NCBI GenBank assembly: GCA_035498715.1
Contig: DATJZV010000158.1
Location: forward strand, 34,239 to 98,238
Source: Nitrospirota bacterium
GTDB lineage: Bacteria > Nitrospirota > UBA9217
Length of the DNA stretch: 64,000 nt
Direction of reading: 5' to 3'
Shown here: in pieces, positions 58,974-64,000 of the stretch
How positions within the stretch are numbered: the first letter of the stretch is position 1
Layout: every line of letters starts with the position of its first letter
Notes under the pieces: model-generated
Databases searched by the model: none
What the model was told of the DNA's origin: nothing
The model's input: only the letters and a program-made list of their open reading frames with translations
Translations under genes and position numbers: made by a program

Positions 58974-60083
58974 CTACGACGCGTGGGTGACTTTATCTTT
59001 GTTTTTATCCGGATCTTCGAGGACCGTCTTCAGTCTTTGAAAGGATACTGTAAACGTGCTCCCGACTCCAGGACCGCTAACCGCGCTGATCTTTCCGCCC
59101 ATGGCTTCGATAAGGAGCTTCACGATATAGAGCCCAAGTCCCGCCCCCTTGATCTGTTCGCTCCCGACGGCTCGATAGAATTTATTGAAGATCTTGGGTG
59201 TCTCGTCTTGCAGTATCCCGCATCCCTCGTCAGTTATCGAAATGTCTACCCCGTCTAGCATTCTTTCCACGGTTATCCAAACCCTGCCGCCGTAACGATT
59301 ATACTTGACTGCATTGGAAAGCAGGTTCATCAAAACCTGTCTGATAGCAGTGCTGTTCCCTGTAATGAGCGAAGATATTTTATTCTTCAAAACTATCTCG
59401 ATCTGCCTGCTTTTTGCCGTATCGCGGAAGATGTCAACCACTTCCTCGACTATGCAGCTTATATCAAGAGATTCCATAGGCAATGAACCCTTCTGATTTT
59501 CGATCCGGGAGAGGAGCGATACATCGTTAAGAAGGCTCTCAGCATGTGCGGCGGCGACATTGATCGTTCTTAGGTAATCTTGGGTTCCTTGCTTTCGGAG
59601 CCCAAGGGCGGAGAAACCGCCGATCACATTCATGGAGTTCTTCAGTTCGTGGACCAGATATTTTAAGGACGTATCCTGTTCCTGAGCTTTAGCTTGGATC
59701 ATTTTGAGCGTCATTTGCCGGTCGATCAACTTCCGGATTTTGAGCATGAGTTCCCTGATGGAGAAAGGTTTTGACACATAATCATCGGCACCAAGGGTCA
59801 GGCCTTGTATGCGGGCCTCTACAGATGAGAGGGCGGTGAGCATGATTATCGGCACGGATTTCCCTTTGGCGCCACCCCTGAGTATCCGACATACTTCCCA
59901 ACCATTCAGCTGCGGGAGCATGATATCCAACAAAACGACATCCGGCATCTGGCATTGGACGATCTCTAAGGCTTCTTCGCCGCTGAGCGCAACCATCACT
60001 CGATAGTTTTCTTTCTCTAGATTATAGCGAAGGAGCTCAACTACATCTTGTTCGTCCTCAACAATGAGAACCTGTTCATGCAT
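58974..60083 (-). CDS. hybrid two-component protein: N-terminal receiver (REC) domain fused to HisKA-HATPase_c histidine kinase core
   Basis: REC motifs (LIVEDE, phospho-acceptor LLDIMLP, KP..I). HisKA H-box region (LVHELKNSMNVIGGF). N, G1 and G2 boxes (NLLSNAVKYN, DEGCGI, GAGLGL). Confidence 0.8.
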   Translation of the reverse strand: MHEQVLIVEDEQDVVELLRYNLEKENYRVMVALSGEEALEIVQCQMPDVVLLDIMLPQLNGWEVCRILRGGAKGKSVPIIMLTALSSVEARIQGLTLGADDYVSKPFSIRELMLKIRKLIDRQMTLKMIQAKAQEQDTSLKYLVHELKNSMNVIGGFSALGLRKQGTQDYLRTINVAAAHAESLLNDVSLLSRIENQKGSLPMESLDISCIVEEVVDIFRDTAKSRQIEIVLKNKISSLITGNSTAIRQVLMNLLSNAVKYNRYGGRVWITVERMLDGVDISITDEGCGILQDETPKIFNKFYRAVGSEQIKGAGLGLYIVKLLIEAMGGKISAVSGPGVGSTFTVSFQRLKTVLEDPDKNKDKVTHAS

Positions 60084-60587
60084 AGGTGACCTGTCTTATG
60101 AAATAGATAAATTGGCATACACGGCTTGCAGAATATTGCTATTGTGTTACAGGATTATTACGGAATTATTAAATATAGGTTACAAAAATTCCGGAACAGC
60201 CTGAACACACTGCGGATTATGGAGGAGGGTACATTATCTAGCATTGTGTGTCCGGGCCTCTCCAGAATGGTGGTTAAGGCCCGTCATGCCCTGGTTCGCG
60301 CATTATGAAATCTTTCTGGCAATCATGAAGGAGCACTCTGCCCTCTCTGTGGTCGCACGCTTCGCAGAAGAAAACGCCTGTACTGCTCAGTTCTCTTTTC
60401 CGCAGCAAACAGAGATTCTCGGTAACGATATCGCTGAAAAGATTACAATAGAATACGATAGTACCTTCTGTTTGACTGGTGTGGTACGCAAAAGTCTTTA
60501 CAACGCCTGTAATGTCATTCTCCTTATCTACAAACAGCATTATGAGTTGTATTTCGCATCGAGTCTTGATGGAAACATTGGGCGATT

Positions 60588-61475
60588 TCAGTGCAGTCCA
60601 TCGCAAGCACACGGCAGTTCTTTTCCCATCCGCCGGCATGATTCCGCCATGCACTCCGACGGCTCGATCGGGAGGGAAACCTCAACGATCGTTCCCTCGC
60701 CAACCTTGCTCGAAACGGTAATGCTGCCTTCCAGCAGCTTTACGAGATTCCTGATCGTTCTGAGCCCGAGCCATGATACGGCATGATCATTCTTTTCATC
60801 ATGCCCGTGTATATCAGATGGTGCAAAAGCGGCGTTCATCTGCTCCGCAGTCATTCCTCTACCCGTGTCCGTGATGATAAGACTTATCCTGTACTCGTCT
60901 TTATTCAGAATCAATGCGATCCGTCCTCTATCGGTGAATTTTGAAGCATTACTGATGAGCCCCATCATGATCTTACGGACTTTTCCCGGGTCTGAAAGGA
61001 TCATGACGGATCCGGGGGACTCGACGTCCATCACTTTTACCGGTTTTTGCCCGATGCTCAGCCGTGCTGCATGAGCAATGTCCAGGAGCAGTGTTACGAT
61101 ATCGAAGTATTGGCAGGTTGTTGTCTCCGGATCTGTATCGAGTTTTGATAGTTCGCGAATATTGGTAAGGGAAGATGATAGGTCGCCGGCTTGGGATATT
61201 AGGAGTGCAAGGCGGTTGTGCAGGATTTCTATCTCTCCTTTTTCATATGCCACACGCATAAGTTCTGCCATGCCGAGGATCTCGTACAGAGTCAATCCTG
61301 CTTCACGAGTCGCCTTGATGATGACCGGAGATTTCAGCCAGTCCGGATTCGCAGACCCCTGTCTCATAGTATCAAGTGCCGCACCCTTTGAGTGCGAGGG
61401 TGAACACACCGGGGAGAGGCTCCTGTTATTCCTGAAGGACTGCGACTTATTATCCTGTGCAGTATTCATGGTCAT
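60588..61475 (-). CDS. cytoplasmic sensor histidine kinase (no transmembrane segment; uncharacterised N-terminal domain plus HisKA-like and HATPase_c)
   Basis: HATPase_c N, G1 and G2 boxes (LISNASKFT, DTGRGM, WLGLRTI) and a candidate H-box near ILHNRLA. Cys-rich C-terminal tail (CMAESC...CAC). Confidence 0.7.
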   Translation of the reverse strand: MTMNTAQDNKSQSFRNNRSLSPVCSPSHSKGAALDTMRQGSANPDWLKSPVIIKATREAGLTLYEILGMAELMRVAYEKGEIEILHNRLALLISQAGDLSSSLTNIRELSKLDTDPETTTCQYFDIVTLLLDIAHAARLSIGQKPVKVMDVESPGSVMILSDPGKVRKIMMGLISNASKFTDRGRIALILNKDEYRISLIITDTGRGMTAEQMNAAFAPSDIHGHDEKNDHAVSWLGLRTIRNLVKLLEGSITVSSKVGEGTIVEVSLPIEPSECMAESCRRMGKELPCACDGLH

Positions 61476-61563
61476 CTCCTTTACAAAGCATATCGTAATA
61501 TGCTAGCTGCGACTATATCAGTATCATGAATAGAAAGTATCCCTGGAGACAGTCCTCATGAAT

Positions 61564-61698
61564 CTAGGGAAGGCTGCCGATCGTTAAAAAAAGAACTGCG
61601 CCAATCAAAAACAAAATAAGATCTGCCGTTCCGATCTCCATCGTCAAAATGGGCTGGTTCTTTACCGCGGTAAAATCACGCCTGCGATCCTTTCTCAT
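61564..61698 (-). CDS. candidate 44 aa membrane micro-protein, translationally coupled to the upstream flippase-like gene
   Basis: The ATG lies 1 nt after the flippase-like TGA stop. A GGAGG RBS 8 nt upstream sits inside the end of the preceding gene. Basic N-terminus (MRKDRRRDF) then one hydrophobic helix (LILFLIGAVLFLTIG). Confidence 0.35.
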   Translation of the reverse strand: MRKDRRRDFTAVKNQPILTMEIGTADLILFLIGAVLFLTIGSLP

Positions 61699-61701
61699 GG
61701 G

Positions 61702-62769
61702 TCAGTCCTCCCTCAGAACAATTTCTTCAGATGGCCGATGTTCCCGTTGAGGTACGGCACCCTGCTCACCGGCTGGATGTGTCTCTGCCCAGGGCTGCAT
61801 TCCGAATAGAAGTGAGAGCACTGCAGCCAGAAGCAGGAGAAAATAAAAGGTGAGAAACCGCCACCCCGCGGTCACGAGTCCGATAGTTCCGGCCGGGATA
61901 AAGGAACGGTACATGAGAGAGAACATTACCTCGGCCCCGCCTGCCGCCCCCGGAGTGGGAACAAGGGTCATTAGCGCGAAGACAAATACTTGGAGTACCA
62001 TGAAAAGGATCGGGCGGACAGGAATGCCCATGCTTGCCAGCAAAAGGGAGATAATGGAGTAACGACAGAACCATTGAAGCGAAGTCAAAGCCATGGTCAC
62101 AAAAAAAATAGATTTTCCCTCGCGGACGATACGGTGATAGGTTGCTACGAAGTTGCTATAAGCGACCCAAAATTTCCCCTTTAGCGTTGCAAGGCCCGAT
62201 AGCTGCGGTTTTGCATCAGAGGATTTTATTTTCATCAGCAGGAAGGTAGCGCCGAGGCAAACGCAGATTCCTGCCAGCAGCGTCCACAGTGTCGGGTTCC
62301 CCAGCCCTGATAGGACAGTCCCGACCTGCGGCAGGTCCCATGATGATGTTATTGTCAGAGCCAACGGCACCATGACCAAGAAAAAAATTGTATCTTCAAT
62401 ATTTTCCATTACGGAAAGGGACAGGGCGGTGCCGCCGCTGAACCCCCGGCGCATCAGCATCCCGATCTTCACGGCACTGCCGCCGATCAACGGCGGACTG
62501 ACAGCCGCACCGAGTTCTGCCCCGATGGCAATTTTGAACACCACCGGGAAGTCTATTCTGTTTCCGAGAAACCTGCTCCACATGAGGAGCCGTAGTGAAC
62601 CGGTGAACCATGGGACGATGCTCATGAGCAGGGCAAGCGCGAAGAACATCGGGGAAAAATGGAGCACCGAAGCAAGCACTTGTTGGTCGGCTGTCATGAG
62701 ATAAAAAAGGAAATTCCCGATGATGCCGATTGGTATGAGAAAGAACAGTTTTCGAAAAAGTTTGGACAT
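61702..62769 (-). CDS. flippase-like domain protein (UPF0104 / lysylphosphatidylglycerol-synthase transmembrane region family)
   Basis: About 355 aa, eight predicted transmembrane helices. Matches the MprF flippase-domain family pattern (FLGNRIDF, IGAELGAAVSP, PGAAGGAEVMF). Start set at MSKLFRKLFF. Confidence 0.75.
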   Translation of the reverse strand: MSKLFRKLFFLIPIGIIGNFLFYLMTADQQVLASVLHFSPMFFALALLMSIVPWFTGSLRLLMWSRFLGNRIDFPVVFKIAIGAELGAAVSPPLIGGSAVKIGMLMRRGFSGGTALSLSVMENIEDTIFFLVMVPLALTITSSWDLPQVGTVLSGLGNPTLWTLLAGICVCLGATFLLMKIKSSDAKPQLSGLATLKGKFWVAYSNFVATYHRIVREGKSIFFVTMALTSLQWFCRYSIISLLLASMGIPVRPILFMVLQVFVFALMTLVPTPGAAGGAEVMFSLMYRSFIPAGTIGLVTAGWRFLTFYFLLLLAAVLSLLFGMQPWAETHPAGEQGAVPQREHRPSEEIVLRED

Positions 62770-62827
62770 CCGTTCTGGGAAGCTCAGTGGCGGTGGTGCC
62801 GTGGTATCGTCGCCAACGTTCGCCTCG

Positions 62828-64000
62828 TTATGCACAAGTTGCATACCGGTCCGTTCCTTTGCGATGATACGCTAGAAAGTGTTGCGCACCGTTCTTGCCC
62901 AGGTACCGCTCTAGAATTTTCGGCTCGGTCCTGGTAAGATCGACCATGATCAGGCCGTCAAGCACGTTGCCGAAACTTGGATCGACATTAAATCCGGCAA
63001 TTTGCCCGCCCAGTTTGATGTATTGCTTCAAGAGGATGGGGATTCCCTTGCGATCGGTCTCTATGGAGGAGATCATCTCTGAGATAGCATCGACGTCATC
63101 CCCCATGGACCGCACGGCAGCATCGATGTCCCAAATCTTGGACGGTTTTGAACGAAGCGGCCTTCTGGCCCTTACGAATTCGGCCATATCAGGGCGATAC
63201 CTCGTCCTTTTCAGAAAGCCGACCATCAGATGTTTGGACATAGCTTGGTATTCATTTGTAATGCTCACAGGACCAAATAGCGTTTTGTAGTAGGGATTTT
63301 CAACGATAAACCTGCCGATACCTTTCCAAAGCAGTAAGAGAGGGCCATAGGACTTCTGATACTCAGGACGGATGAACGAGCGCCCCAATTCCAGGGCAGG
63401 TCCCAGATGTTCCAGGAACTCCTTTTTATATCGGAAGAGCGTGCTGGTATAGATTCCTCGGATCCCGTGCTGTCTCGTCAGCTCATCCGTTCTGCCGAGC
63501 CGGTAGGCGCCCACTACTTCTTTTTTCATCTTGTTCCAGATGAACAGGTGGGTATAGGTGTGGTCGAAGCGGTCAAGATCGACGGGTTTCCCTGTCCCTT
63601 CACCCACAGCACGGAACGTGATCTCTCGAAGCCGTCCGATCTCGAGCAGAACACGCGGGACTTGATCACCCATGGCCTGAATAACGATGCTATCGCTGCT
63701 TTCGACGAGCGTCTGGCTGGGAGGCAGACTTCGAATCTCTTCAGCAAGGACATCCGGATTTTGAGGATTCATAAGACTTTGACCAGCTTTGCGCATTTTT
63801 CTCACGGGGAACATGGTGACGCTCGGCACCGCCTGAAATGTCTGACGATGTTCCAGGACATAGGTGCGAAACCGGAGATACTCCATTATGAGCGTATCCT
63901 GTTTAAGACTTTTTAGCTTGTCGAAGGGGATGAGGTCCCCGATGCGAACCCGAATGTTCTTCCGCCCTTTGTTCAGCAGCTCATTCGGCAGCATGGCTGT
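62828..64000 (-). CDS. olsF: OlsF-like bifunctional aminolipid (ornithine/lysine lipid) synthase, 3-prime part only. The ORF runs off the window edge.
   Basis: The C-terminal roughly 250 aa have the OlsB-like / hemolysin-type GNAT N-acyltransferase pattern (YRLGRTDE...LELGRSFIRPEYQ). This is preceded by what looks like the tail of a PlsC-type acyltransferase domain. The reading frame is open at the window boundary. Confidence 0.7.
   Translation of the reverse strand, partial: TAMLPNELLNKGRKNIRVRIGDLIPFDKLKSLKQDTLIMEYLRFRTYVLEHRQTFQAVPSVTMFPVRKMRKAGQSLMNPQNPDVLAEEIRSLPPSQTLVESSDSIVIQAMGDQVPRVLLEIGRLREITFRAVGEGTGKPVDLDRFDHTYTHLFIWNKMKKEVVGAYRLGRTDELTRQHGIRGIYTSTLFRYKKEFLEHLGPALELGRSFIRPEYQKSYGPLLLLWKGIGRFIVENPYYKTLFGPVSITNEYQAMSKHLMVGFLKRTRYRPDMAEFVRARRPLRSKPSKIWDIDAAVRSMGDDVDAISEMISSIETDRKGIPILLKQYIKLGGQIAGFNVDPSFGNVLDGLIMVDLTRTEPKILERYLGKNGAQHFLAYHRKGTDRYATCA

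Noticed and set aside
60244-60786. 180-codon plus-strand ORF and 126-codon minus-strand ORF in the spacer between the kinase genes
   Set aside because: The plus-strand ORF is antisense to the 3-prime end of the kinase gene. The minus-strand ORF is Cys-rich, has no RBS, has no domain signature and overlaps the kinase stop out of frame. Both are better treated as non-coding.
1-64000. Searched for tRNA T-loop/anticodon-arm signatures, rRNA, CRISPR repeat arrays, integrase or transposase genes and terminal inverted repeats
   Set aside because: None found. The only arrays of short repeats are the 11-bp-phased promoter repeats upstream of pstS and the 14-mer pair in the arg region. Neither has CRISPR-like repeat-spacer structure.

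Overview
The 64 kb window is a chromosomal segment with about 55% GC, probably from an anaerobic delta-proteobacterium-like or Nitrospirae-like organism (inferred from gene content only). It is densely packed with housekeeping genes. I found no rRNA, tRNA, CRISPR array or intact mobile element.

Gene content in order:
- tsaC, a PIN-PhoH (YlaK-type) ATPase, and the cytochrome c biogenesis system II genes resB and ccsA.
- A tandem-DUF1059 protein, an orphan oligopeptide-type substrate-binding protein with a C26 glutamine amidotransferase, and argF and argD.
- A large aspartate-family amino-acid cluster: class I aminotransferase, hom, then a six-gene sulfur-carrier module (TusA, MoeB/ThiF-like E1, JAMM peptidase, Zn-ribbon-fused ThrC-like PLP enzyme, MoaD/ThiS-like carrier with a GG-TR tail, NIL-domain protein), then a cofactor-independent phosphoglycerate-mutase-like gene, lysC and a citramalate synthase.
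- An EF-G paralog, three M16 peptidases, dut, mutL, TerC, miaA-hfq, mtnP, a PfkB kinase, RodZ, two paralogous beta-barrel outer-membrane proteins, and copA.
- A gcvT-family gene, mtnA, and a complete arn lipid A L-Ara4N operon with arnA split into two genes.
- phoU and pstBACS with a Pho-box-like array of 11-bp direct repeats upstream of pstS.
- A hybrid receiver-histidine kinase and a second histidine kinase.
- A flippase-like membrane protein and the 3-prime part of an OlsF-like aminolipid synthase, which runs off the window edge.

The most notable feature is the sulfur-carrier module inserted between hom and lysC. I infer that it is a protein-thiocarboxylate-dependent homocysteine or methionine route that uses O-phosphohomoserine.
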